This document shows, piece by piece, positions 56,263 to 64,000 of a stretch of 64,000 bases of DNA (its first letter is position 1; each line of letters starts with the position of its first letter). Source of the DNA: an uncultured Coriobacteriia bacterium (GTDB lineage Bacteria; Actinomycetota; Coriobacteriia; Coriobacteriales; QAMH01); assembly GCA_902475535.1 (NCBI GenBank), contig CABRZR010000002.1, positions 2,124 through 66,123 of the forward strand, read 5' to 3'. The translations under genes and the position numbers were made by a program. Under the pieces are notes generated by a model, which was not told the DNA's origin, ran no database searches, and was given only the letters and a program-made list of their open reading frames with translations.

Positions 56263-56514
56263 ATGTGTTTTAGGCCCGCAGGTGTAGAGATCGATCTCAA
56301 CTGCCCGTCGTGCGGCAAGAAGCTGCCCGTCATCGGCAACACCGTTCTCAAGAAGTGCCCGTTCTGCAAGTATGAGTTCACTGAGCAGGACATGCAGGAC
56401 TTCCAGGCTCAGCTTGGTGGCCCCGCTGGTGCTGCCGCTCCTGGCGCTCCCGCAGCCCCCGGTGCCCCCGGTGCCCCCGCCGCTCCCGGTGCTCCCAAGG
56501 CTCCTGGTGCGTAA
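56263..56514 (+). CDS. small zinc-ribbon protein with Pro/Ala/Gly-repeat tail
   Basis: 83 aa from ATG 56263 (AAGGAG 6 nt upstream). CPSCGKK...CPFCKYE, then GAAAPGAPAAPGAPGAPAAPGAPKAPGA. Confidence 0.6.
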   Translation: MCFRPAGVEIDLNCPSCGKKLPVIGNTVLKKCPFCKYEFTEQDMQDFQAQLGGPAGAAAPGAPAAPGAPGAPAAPGAPKAPGA

Positions 56515-56554
56515 GGATTTTTAGCTCGCTTTTACGCAGTTTTGCCCGTGAGAA

Positions 56555-56767
56555 GTGAGGGTGCCCGTGTCTGTCGTTAAACCAAAGAACCTCCAACTAA
56601 CGGAAGAGGATCTAGGGGGGTTACCTCTCAACGAGATCACATGTCGTGCGTGCAGTGGCTATGGCAATTGTGGATACCGTATGTATCGCATCAATGATGG
56701 AAAGCCGGTCGTCATCTGCCAGATGCGCAGGGCAAAACTGCTAGAAGAGCAGCAAGGAGACGAGTGA
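56555..56767 (+). CDS. hypothetical small Cys-rich protein
   Basis: 70 aa. GTG start. CRACSGYGNCGY...VICQ. No family recognised, so coding status is uncertain. Confidence 0.35.
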   Translation: MRVPVSVVKPKNLQLTEEDLGGLPLNEITCRACSGYGNCGYRMYRINDGKPVVICQMRRAKLLEEQQGDE

Positions 56768-56904
56768 CGATCACTTGGAATCGAGTTTTCTGGGGTCTTG
56801 ATTCTAGGTGATGGGATATCTGCCTCTTTGTTGTTGGGAAAGCTGGGGGGCTTTCCCGAATACTCATTTCTCATGATTGAGATATTGGATTTAAGGAGGG
56901 ACTG

Positions 56905-58677
56905 ATGGACGGTAAAGAGTTTACTGTTTCCGAAGTCATTGACCGCGCGGGCATTTCTGCCCACACATGGGTCGTGTTCGTTCTCTTGGCTTTCGCCATG
57001 ATTTTCGACGGCTACGACTTCATGATCGTCAATTCCACCAACACCTATGTTGCACCTACGTTCTTCGCGGCTCAGATTGCTGCCGGTCAGCCCATCGCGG
57101 CTCTTACCGGTTCTCTGACCACGTGGGGCCTGCTCGGCATGGTTCTTGGTGGCGCCGTCGGAGGTATCCTCTCCGACATGATCGGTCGTAAGAAGATGCT
57201 CACGATCGCAGTTATCTTCTACGGTCTGTTCACCCTACCCCAGGCATTCGCGCCGGATTACGCTTTCTTCTGCGCGTTCCGCCTCATCGCTGGCTTTGGT
57301 GTCGGCTCCTGCATCCCGGTTGTAACCACCGTGTTCTCCGAGAGCATGCCTTCCAAGCAGCGCGGCATTTTCGTTACCTTCGGCATGGCCTTCATGGTTA
57401 TGGGTTGGGTTATCGCCGGTCTGGTTGCAGCTCCCGTCTGCTCCAACCCGAACCCGATCATCCCTGGTCTCTGCGACGGTCAGATCACGCTCGCAACTGG
57501 CGCGACTGCTGTGCAGAACTGGCGTGTCTGCTACCTGATCGGCGCTCTGCCGGTCGTCTACGGAATCATCCTGCTCTTCGCGATGCATGAGACTCCGCAC
57601 TGGTACGCAAACCATGGTCAGAAGGACAAGGCTGTTGCCCGTCTCGAGCAGATCGTCAAGGCCACCCGCCACGTCGATGTGCACTTCGATGCCAACCTGC
57701 TGATCGTTCCGCCCAAGCCTGCCAAGTCTGGCCCCGCGGTTCTGTTCTCCAGCAAGTTCATCGTTGCCACCTGCGCTATCTGGTCCGCCTACTTCGTCGG
57801 TCAGTTCTGCGTCTATGGCATGAACGCCTGGATTCCCACCTGGTTCCAGGGCAATGGCTTCACCGCCGCCGAGTCTGTAACCCTGCAGACCTGGAACAAC
57901 GTTGCCGCTATCGCCTCGAACATCGTCGTTGGCTTCGTGTCTGACGCCATCGGCCGTAAGCGCGCACTGTGGATTGGCTGGGTCGCTTGTATCGTCGCGA
58001 TTATCGCCTGCTCCGTGTTCGTCCCGATGTTCCCGGGCGAGGCTCCCGTGAATGGCGCACCCCTCGCTGGCGCTGCTGCGGGCAACTTCGTTCCCTGCAT
58101 CTTCCTGATGCTCCTCTTCGGCTTCTGCCTGAACTACGCCATTACGGCTGTCCAGCCCCTGATGCCCGAGTCCTATCCCACCACGCTGCGCAACACTGGT
58201 ACTTCTTGGTGCCAGGCGTTCGCTCGCTTCGGTGGTTCCGGCTCCTCCATCGTTCTCGGTGCTGCTGCCGGCCTGGCCATGTTCCAGCATGACGTCAATG
58301 GCGTTATGTCCAACAACTGGTCCATGGTCGTGCTCGTTCTGCTCATCCCGTTCGTCCTGGGTCTCATCTGCACGTTGCTCTTCGTGAAGAACACGGGCGG
58401 AAAGACGATGGACGAGCTGCAGAAGCTCTCCGAGGAGAACCCGCTGTCCGAGACCGACGGCAACGGTCGTTTCTTCACTATGCTCATTGTTGTTCTCATC
58501 AACTTCATTGGCTGCATCGTGTGTCCGCTTGCCATCCCCGGCTTCTCCAAGACGGCTATGGCTCTGCCGATCATGCTCATTGCCATGCTCCTTCCGTTCA
58601 TCTACTTCTTCGTATTTGGCGGTCTGGGCCTTGGCAAGGAGAAGCAGGCAAAGGCAGAGGGTGCCAACATTCTCTAA
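56905..58677 (+). CDS. MFS transporter (extended, at least 12 TM)
   Basis: 590 aa. MFS signature GGILSDMIGRKKML and FRLIAGFGVGSCIPV...ESMPSKQRG. RBS AAGGAGGG. Confidence 0.88.
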   Translation: MDGKEFTVSEVIDRAGISAHTWVVFVLLAFAMIFDGYDFMIVNSTNTYVAPTFFAAQIAAGQPIAALTGSLTTWGLLGMVLGGAVGGILSDMIGRKKMLTIAVIFYGLFTLPQAFAPDYAFFCAFRLIAGFGVGSCIPVVTTVFSESMPSKQRGIFVTFGMAFMVMGWVIAGLVAAPVCSNPNPIIPGLCDGQITLATGATAVQNWRVCYLIGALPVVYGIILLFAMHETPHWYANHGQKDKAVARLEQIVKATRHVDVHFDANLLIVPPKPAKSGPAVLFSSKFIVATCAIWSAYFVGQFCVYGMNAWIPTWFQGNGFTAAESVTLQTWNNVAAIASNIVVGFVSDAIGRKRALWIGWVACIVAIIACSVFVPMFPGEAPVNGAPLAGAAAGNFVPCIFLMLLFGFCLNYAITAVQPLMPESYPTTLRNTGTSWCQAFARFGGSGSSIVLGAAAGLAMFQHDVNGVMSNNWSMVVLVLLIPFVLGLICTLLFVKNTGGKTMDELQKLSEENPLSETDGNGRFFTMLIVVLINFIGCIVCPLAIPGFSKTAMALPIMLIAMLLPFIYFFVFGGLGLGKEKQAKAEGANIL

Positions 58678-58720
58678 GCTGCGAGTCTGCAACTGCTGTT
58701 AGCTTTTGCTAGCGCAAAGG

Positions 58721-58760
58721 AAGGCCCCCGGTGTAATGCCGGGGGCCTTCTTGTATTTGT
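58721..58760 (+). terminator. intrinsic terminator after the MFS gene
   Basis: AAGGCCCCCGG-TGTAATG-CCGGGGGCCTT (11-bp stem) followed by CTTGTATTTGT. Confidence 0.8.
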
Positions 58761-58778
58761 CATTTCGAGCGGAGCGAA

Positions 58779-58851
58779 GGTGTGACAAGGGGACAGGTCA
58801 TTTGTCCCACTGGAACCCAGTGTGACAAATGACCTGTCCCCTTGTCACACC
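58779..58851. repeat. 73-bp near-perfect palindrome built from two inverted copies of the GTGACAAATGACCTGTCCCCTTGTCACAC motif
   Basis: Arms GGTGTGACAAGGGGACAGGTCATTTGTC (58779-58806) and GACAAATGACCTGTCCCCTTGTCACACC (58824-58851). Inner CACTGG-AAC-CCAGTG. One mismatch. Confidence 0.9.
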
Positions 58852-58864
58852 TAAAGCTCGCTGC

Positions 58865-59593
58865 CTACTTTTTTATCGAATCGCTCTTGCGCTTTTCCAG
58901 GACGTGGCCGCGCTTGTCCTTCTTCAGCTTGGAATCCTTGTGGTCGATGGGGCGACCTTCCGGCCTGATGATGCGCACGTAGGGGGAGTCGGCCTCGATG
59001 AGCTCCTGAACTTCCTCGTAGGTGAAACCCTTGTTCTCGAAGATGCGGCTCTTGAGGTTGTTGAGGAGCCCGGCAGGGGTGTAGTCGTTGCCCTCGCTCA
59101 GACCCTTCCATTCCTCCTTGATGAGGATGGCGACAAACGCCGCAACGGCAATGCGCAGTTTTTCAAGCTCATGGGCATGAATCTCATAGCACATGCCCTT
59201 GTCCTTGAAGTTGACGAGCTTGATATGCACGGCCTTGCGCTCGAAGCTCGTGAGCGTTTCCTCGACGAAGGTGCACGGGGGCTCGTGTGCGCATCCGTAG
59301 AGATCCCACACCATGCCCTCGATATAGTAGTGATGATTGATAACGAACGTGTGCAGGATGTACTCCCAGCGCTCGTAGCGAATGTAGTAGTTAAGCACGT
59401 GATTGTCGGGTTTGATGAGGCCGACCTGACCACCCATGCGGCCCATGATCTGCACTTTGTCCTTCTCCCGCTTCCAACCCTCTTTGCTCTTGAACTGAAG
59501 GAAGACGTCTCCATCCTCGTACCAAGTGTCAAAATCCTCGTGCTTGGCGATGGCATCTTGCTGGATGTAGATCTTGTTAAATTTCTGAGCCAC
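58865..59593 (-). CDS. hypothetical protein (no family recognised)
   Basis: 242 aa with protein-like composition (W/Y/K/E-rich, basic tail). Preferred over the overlapping + strand ORF 58829-59725, whose translation is L/V/A/D/G-rich in the way antisense frames are here. Confidence 0.55.
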   Translation of the reverse strand: MAQKFNKIYIQQDAIAKHEDFDTWYEDGDVFLQFKSKEGWKREKDKVQIMGRMGGQVGLIKPDNHVLNYYIRYERWEYILHTFVINHHYYIEGMVWDLYGCAHEPPCTFVEETLTSFERKAVHIKLVNFKDKGMCYEIHAHELEKLRIAVAAFVAILIKEEWKGLSEGNDYTPAGLLNNLKSRIFENKGFTYEEVQELIEADSPYVRIIRPEGRPIDHKDSKLKKDKRGHVLEKRKSDSIKK

Positions 59594-59738
59594 GAAATCC
59601 CCTTTGATTTGCGGTTACGCTTTGGCAATTATAGCCCAGATACCCTTGCAGAATTCCCCGCATGCGGTACTGTCATGAGGACGCTTTTTCGCGTGAGAAA
59701 TGGCGCATTACGCGCACTCGGATGAGAGGACTATCGTC

Positions 59739-60227
59739 ATGCTCGATGGAACAACCGTAACCCTGACTTTCGAGGGTCGTCTGCCAGATGGCTCCGTCTA
59801 CGACAAGATGACCGCCGAGAACCCCCTCGTGTTCCAGGTTGGTCACGACATGGTGCTCGATGGTTTCGAGCGCGAGGTGCGCGAGATGGCCGAGGGCGAG
59901 AAGAAGACCTTCACCATCAAGGATTGGGAAGCATTCGGCGAGTATCTCGACGAGCACACCGAGGAAATCCCGATGGAGGTCATGCCTAACATGAAGGGCC
60001 TCGAAATCGGCAAGGTCATCTGGATGATCACCGAAGACGAGGAGAAGGTTCCGGTTACGGTCAAGGACATCACCCCGGAGGCCGTGACGCTCGATTACAA
60101 CCATCCGCTGGCGGGCAAGGACCTTACCTTCGATGTCGAGCTCATCAAGGTCGATGAGTCTACGGCCGATGATCCCAATGCCCCCAAGAGGGAGATTCCC
60201 AAGGATCCCCTCGACCTTATCATGTAG
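59739..60227 (+). CDS. FKBP-type peptidyl-prolyl cis-trans isomerase, SlyD-like (with IF insert)
   Basis: MLDGTTVTLTFEGRLPDGSVYD...LVFQVGHDMVLDGFEREV...LDYNHPLAGKDLTFDVELIKV. ATG 59739 (GAGAGGA upstream) is preferred. ATG 59700 remains possible. Confidence 0.85.
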   Translation: MLDGTTVTLTFEGRLPDGSVYDKMTAENPLVFQVGHDMVLDGFEREVREMAEGEKKTFTIKDWEAFGEYLDEHTEEIPMEVMPNMKGLEIGKVIWMITEDEEKVPVTVKDITPEAVTLDYNHPLAGKDLTFDVELIKVDESTADDPNAPKREIPKDPLDLIM

Positions 60228-60238
60228 GGGATCGCGCC

Positions 60239-60652
60239 ATGTACAAGAACATTCTCGTTGCCGCCGATGGATCGGAAAACTCGCTGCGTGCAACGGAGCA
60301 GGCGGCCTACATCGCATCCCTTGAGAGCGATGTGCGGGTCAAGATCGTCTCGGTTATCGCCATCGATGTGTATTCGGACATGGTCTATGACCCGATCGAG
60401 GCGCACGGCGAGGCCCAGCGCGAGATTATCAAGGATGCGGCGCAGGTTTTGGCAGACGCCGGCATCGACCATGAGATCGTGCTGTTGCATGGCCGCCCTG
60501 CCGACGAAATCATTCGCTACGCGACGGAGTCGGAAGCCGATTTGCTCGTGATGGGCAGCCGTGGTCTGGGCGCTCTGCGCGAGTTCGCGCTCGGCAGCGT
60601 GAGCCACAAGGTTCTCACGCATGCCAAGTGCCCGGTGCTTGTCGTGAAGTAA
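60239..60652 (+). CDS. universal stress protein (UspA family)
   Basis: MYKNILVAADGSENS...ADLLVMGSRGLGALREFALGSVSHKVLTHAKCPVLVV. Confidence 0.92.
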   Translation: MYKNILVAADGSENSLRATEQAAYIASLESDVRVKIVSVIAIDVYSDMVYDPIEAHGEAQREIIKDAAQVLADAGIDHEIVLLHGRPADEIIRYATESEADLLVMGSRGLGALREFALGSVSHKVLTHAKCPVLVVK

Positions 60653-60741
60653 AGGTTTCTCCACTCCGGCGCTCCGCGCTCTCTATTGTCATTTCGAGCG
60701 GAGCAGCCGAAGGCTGCGAAGTCGAGAAATCTCGCATTGCG

Positions 60742-60776
60742 GGCAAGGCGCGTCAGGCGCGCCTTGCCTCATTTTT
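60742..60776 (+). terminator. intrinsic terminator after usp
   Basis: GGCAAGGCGCG-TCAGG-CGCGCCTTGCC (11-bp stem) followed by TCATTTTTAC. Confidence 0.75.
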
Positions 60777-61395
60777 ACATATGCAACTCGGCTCCGGGGA
60801 CGAGGATGATGCGTCCGGGAGCTTGGAATGCCTCGAGCTTGGCCTCGTCGTACTCGGCGACCGTGGCGTCGGCGGAGTCGATGGGCACCTCATGGACGGG
60901 GATGTTGTGCTTGGCACCGACGAGCTTGGCGCACTCGGAAGCCTCGTCCGCATCCATGTTGTACACCCCGTCGCAGGGGAATGCCGCATAGTCGAGCTTC
61001 ATGGCGGCAAGCTTGCCGGACTTCATGTCCTCGGTCGTGCTCGTGTCGCCCGCCGCATAGAACGAGACGCCGTCGAATTCGAGCACGTAGCCAACGCACT
61101 CGTCAGACGGGTGGTTCTCGTTGTATGCCTGCACTGCCTGGATCTTCACGCCATGAGACTCCGTGGAGAGGTACTCGCCGCTCGTGGGGTGCAGGTCCTT
61201 CGCGCGAATGACTTCGCAGCCGGGTGCATGGGGCATCTTGTCCACCGCGTCATGGTCGAAATGATCATGGGTGACCAGGACGAGGTCGGCCTCGAGCTCG
61301 TATTCCTTTCCGAAGTATGGGTCGACGTAAATGACCGTGCTGTCGTCGAGCGTGAACCTGTAGGAGCCGTGCCCCTGAAATAGCATCGTAGTCAT
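60775..61395 (-). CDS. MBL-fold metallo-hydrolase
   Basis: 206 aa. ...LVLVTHDHFDHD... (HxHxDH motif). Confidence 0.85.
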   Translation of the reverse strand: MTTMLFQGHGSYRFTLDDSTVIYVDPYFGKEYELEADLVLVTHDHFDHDAVDKMPHAPGCEVIRAKDLHPTSGEYLSTESHGVKIQAVQAYNENHPSDECVGYVLEFDGVSFYAAGDTSTTEDMKSGKLAAMKLDYAAFPCDGVYNMDADEASECAKLVGAKHNIPVHEVPIDSADATVAEYDEAKLEAFQAPGRIILVPGAELHM

Positions 61396-61433
61396 GATAA
61401 GCCTCCTCGCTCGCTTTTATATCCATATAAGAT

Positions 61434-61467
61434 TATAGGCAGCGCACAATATAATGCACTGCCTATA
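61434..61467 (-). terminator. hairpin downstream of htpG
   Basis: TATAGGCAG...CTGCCTATA (9-bp stem, 16-nt loop), 24 nt after the htpG stop. AT-rich trailing sequence on the minus strand. Confidence 0.4.
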
Positions 61468-61490
61468 ACCGAAATTATCATGAGAAATGT

Positions 61491-63401
61491 TTATTTCATC
61501 AGCTCGCAGATAGCCTCGTTGAATGCTGCCGAATCCGCGATTTCGAGACCCTCCGCCAAACGTGCCTGGTTGTAGAGCAGGTTGGCGTACTGGGCGACCT
61601 TCTCGGTCTCGCCAGCCTCTTGCGCTGCCTGCAGCGTTGCGAAGACCGGGTGATTGGGGTTGAGCTCGAGCACGTGCTTTGCCTCGGGACGCTCGCCGGC
61701 GGCAGCCGGGATGGTCGCGAAGTACTTCTCCATACCCAGGCTCACGGGGCCATCGGCGACGATGCAACAGGCCGCATCAGCCAGACGCGAGGTGGCCGTG
61801 ACATTGGTGATGTCGTCGGGGAGCGCCTCGGTCATCGCCTCGAACAGCGTGCTGTTCTCCTCACGCTGCTTGGCGACTTCCTCCTTCTCCTCCTCGGTTT
61901 CGAGGCCAAGGTCCTCGCCGCTGGCGACGTTGCGCATCTCCTTGTCGTCATAGCTGCCGATGGAGAGCAGGCAGAACTCGTCGACGTTGTCACCGCAGAG
62001 CAGGACATCGTAGCCGCGCGAGACGACCGACGTGACGCTCGGGCTCTGTGCCAGGCGCGCGACGGTGTCGCCGGAAGCGAAGAAGATGTTCTCCTGGCCT
62101 TCCTGCATGCCGGCGACGTATTCGGCCAGCGTGATGGGCTTGTCCTCCTTGGCGGAATGGAAGAGCAGCAAGTCCTGCAGCAGGTCCTTGTGCGCTCCGT
62201 AGGTGGAGTAGATGTCGTACTTGAGCACGTGGCCGAACTTGCTGAAGAAATCGACGTAGGCCTCACGGTCGTCTTTGCAGAGCTTCTCGAGCTCCTGCTT
62301 GATCTTCTTCTCGATGCGACGCTCGATGGCGATGAGCTGACGGTCCTGCTGGAGCGTCTCGCGCGAGATGTTGAGGTTGAGGTCGGGGCTATCGACGACG
62401 CCGCGCACGAAGCCGAAGCAGTCCGGCAGCAGGTCCTCGCAGTGCTCCATGATCATGACGTTGTTGCTGTAGAGTGCCAAGCCACGCTGGAAGTCCTTGG
62501 CGTACAGGTTCATGGGCGCATCCGTGGGGATGAAGAGCAACGCATCGTAGTTCAGGCTGCCTTCGGCGTGCATGGAAATCGTGCGCAGGGGAATATCGGC
62601 CGTATGGAACTGGGCCTGGTAGAAGTCGGCGTACTCCTCGTCGGAGACTTCGGACTTCTTCTTGGTCCAGATGGGAATCATCGAGTTGAGGATTTCCTCC
62701 TCGACGAAGGTCTCGGTTGCGGGCACGTAATCGTCGCCAGCGTCCTCGGGCTTCTCGAGCGTGCGCGTCTTCTCCACATCCATGATGATCGGGTAGCGGA
62801 TGTAATCGCTGTAGCGCTTCACCAGATGCTTGATGAGAGCCTGCGAGAGGTACTCGTCGTAGTTGACCTCGTCGGTGTTCTCACGCAGATGCAGGATGAT
62901 GTCCGTGCCGCGCTTCTCGCGGGTGGTCTCGCTGATGTTGTAGCCCTCGATGCCATCGCTTTCCCACTTGAAGGCCTCGTCGCTGCCGTATGCCTTCGAG
63001 ATGACGGTGACCTTGTCGGCGACCATGAACGAAGAGTAGAAGCCGACGCCGAACTGGCCGATGATGTCGACTTCCTCGAGCTTCTCGGAATCCGAGCTCT
63101 TGAATTCGAGCGAGCCCGAATGGGCGATGGTGCCCAGGTTCTTGTCGAGCTCGTCCTTGGTCATGCCAATGCCATCGTCGCTGATGGTGAGCGTGCGGGC
63201 ATCCTCATCAATGGCAATCTGAATGCGCAGGTCGCTGCGCATGATGGAGCTGTCCTTGTTCTCGAGCGAGGTGAGGTAGAGCTTGTCGAGCGAATCCGAT
63301 GCGTTGGAGATAAGCTCACGCAGGAAGATTTCGCGATTGGTGTAGATGGAGTTAATCATCAAGTCGAGCAGCTTTTTGCTCTCTGTCTTGAATTTACGCA
63401 T
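61491..63401 (-). CDS. htpG: molecular chaperone HtpG (Hsp90)
   Basis: 636 aa. ...IYTNREIFLRELISNASDSLDKL...GQFGVGFYSSFMVADKV... Confidence 0.97.
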   Translation of the reverse strand: MRKFKTESKKLLDLMINSIYTNREIFLRELISNASDSLDKLYLTSLENKDSSIMRSDLRIQIAIDEDARTLTISDDGIGMTKDELDKNLGTIAHSGSLEFKSSDSEKLEEVDIIGQFGVGFYSSFMVADKVTVISKAYGSDEAFKWESDGIEGYNISETTREKRGTDIILHLRENTDEVNYDEYLSQALIKHLVKRYSDYIRYPIIMDVEKTRTLEKPEDAGDDYVPATETFVEEEILNSMIPIWTKKKSEVSDEEYADFYQAQFHTADIPLRTISMHAEGSLNYDALLFIPTDAPMNLYAKDFQRGLALYSNNVMIMEHCEDLLPDCFGFVRGVVDSPDLNLNISRETLQQDRQLIAIERRIEKKIKQELEKLCKDDREAYVDFFSKFGHVLKYDIYSTYGAHKDLLQDLLLFHSAKEDKPITLAEYVAGMQEGQENIFFASGDTVARLAQSPSVTSVVSRGYDVLLCGDNVDEFCLLSIGSYDDKEMRNVASGEDLGLETEEEKEEVAKQREENSTLFEAMTEALPDDITNVTATSRLADAACCIVADGPVSLGMEKYFATIPAAAGERPEAKHVLELNPNHPVFATLQAAQEAGETEKVAQYANLLYNQARLAEGLEIADSAAFNEAICELMK

Positions 63402-63540
63402 GGGTATGTGTCCTTTCGCGTGCGTTATATATGTACAAACAGCGATTGTAGAAGAGGGAATATAGATTATGCACGTCCTGTCACTGACATGTTACCTAAC
63501 TGCGGTTATTTAGAATATCTAAGTCGATAGATAGCAGATA

Positions 63541-63575
63541 TGCGTGACAAATGACCTGTCCACTTGTCACACGCA
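63541..63575. repeat. single copy of the GTGACAAATGACCTGTCC(A/C)CTTGTCACAC motif
   Basis: GTGACAAATGACCTGTCCACTTGTCACAC at 63544-63572 differs at one base from the unit at 58822-58850. It is itself a hairpin (GTGACAA/TTGTCAC). It lies in the htpG/folC divergent region. Confidence 0.85.
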
Positions 63576-63600
63576 GTCTAATGATTCGTATCGATGTAGA

Positions 63601-64000
63601 ATGGCGTCCATGACTCAACACATGACATACGATGAGGCCGTTGCCACGCTCGAGGGTGCGCTCAAGTTCGGGATGAATCCCTCGCTCGAGCCGATTCGGG
63701 CGATGTGCGCTGCAATGGGCGAACCTCAGAAGCGCTACCGTTGCATACAGGTGGCTGGAACCAATGGCAAGTCATCGACGACGCGTATGACCGCGGCGCT
63801 TATGCGTGCGCAGGGTCTGCACGTCGGGTTGTATGTCTCGCCGCATTTGGTCAAGTATCCCGAGCGCATCGAGATCGACGGGCGCGTCGTGAGTGACGAA
63901 TCATTTGCGCGGGGTATCGAGGCGGCGCTTGATGTAGCTGCACGTGCGCACGTTGAGGCCACGGAATTCGAGCTGCTCACGGCTGCCGCCTTGTGGCTGT
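63601..64000 (+). CDS. folC: folylpolyglutamate synthase / dihydrofolate synthase (5' part, continues beyond window)
   Basis: My own translation, MASMTQHMTYDEAVATLEGALKFGMNPSLEPIRAMCAAMGEPQKRYRCIQVAGTNGKSSTTRM... The Mur-ligase P-loop GTNGKSS is present. The start could be ATG 63610 instead (TAGAAT at 63597-63602 would make it leaderless). Confidence 0.8.
   Translation, partial: MASMTQHMTYDEAVATLEGALKFGMNPSLEPIRAMCAAMGEPQKRYRCIQVAGTNGKSSTTRMTAALMRAQGLHVGLYVSPHLVKYPERIEIDGRVVSDESFARGIEAALDVAARAHVEATEFELLTAAALWL

Noticed and set aside
56106-56393. 95-aa minus-strand ORF opposite the zinc-ribbon small gene and its leader
   Set aside because: It has no RBS. It overlaps a + strand ORF that has a consensus AAGGAG-6 nt-ATG and a clean CxxC...CxxC motif.
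58829-59725. 298-aa plus-strand ORF overlapping the hypothetical gene 58865-59593
   Set aside because: Its L/V/A/D/G-rich translation resembles the antisense artefacts elsewhere. It would also overlap the FKBP gene start. The minus-strand frame looks more protein-like. This was not checked with codon statistics, so some doubt remains.

Overview
This is a high-GC bacterial chromosome segment. Gene content and order suggest Actinomycetota, possibly Coriobacteriia, but that is an inference and was not searched. It is dominated by the core transcription/translation supercluster on the + strand: rplJ-rplL, rpoB-rpoC, rpsL-rpsG-fusA-rpsJ, rplC through rplO, secY-adk-map-infA-rpmJ and rpsM-rpsK-rpsD-rpoA-rplQ. 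Downstream come ecfT, truA, an orphan ACP, membrane proteins, maf (-), a HAD hydrolase, an AddB/AddA-like helicase-nuclease pair, an XRE-HTH protein, dinB (-), a DUF47 protein and tRNA-Leu(TAG). The window ends with tig-clpP-clpX-valS, a flavodoxin-like reductase, larB, small zinc-ribbon ORFs, an MFS transporter, a SlyD-like FKBP, a USP, an MBL hydrolase (-), htpG (-) and the 5' end of folC.

I found no rRNA, CRISPR array, transposase or integrase. The cluster is conserved, but several things stand out:
1. RpoC has a roughly 230-aa C-terminal extension with an alpha-CTD-like helix-hairpin-helix module, and RpoB has a roughly 170-aa tail with no Lys or Arg.
2. The S10 operon is split between rpsJ and rplC by a 2.3-kb insert. 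The insert holds two intrinsic terminators, an AT-richer DUF559/Vsr-like ORF and phased CGGA repeats, and it is flanked by arrays of a ~72-bp hairpin repeat that also occurs upstream of rpoB.
3. A perfect 108-bp palindrome with G-quadruplex motifs on both strands lies in the dinB/DUF47 divergent promoter region.
4. Other long palindromes lie at rplX/rplE, after larB and after the MFS gene. The palindrome after the MFS gene is built from a ~29-nt GTGACAA...TTGTCAC motif that recurs once upstream of htpG/folC.
5. L24 carries a Cys4 motif.
6. A two-domain PPK2 and a phosphoesterase are wedged between rplL and rpoB.

Many long antisense ORFs in the six-frame track are GC-driven artefacts and were rejected.
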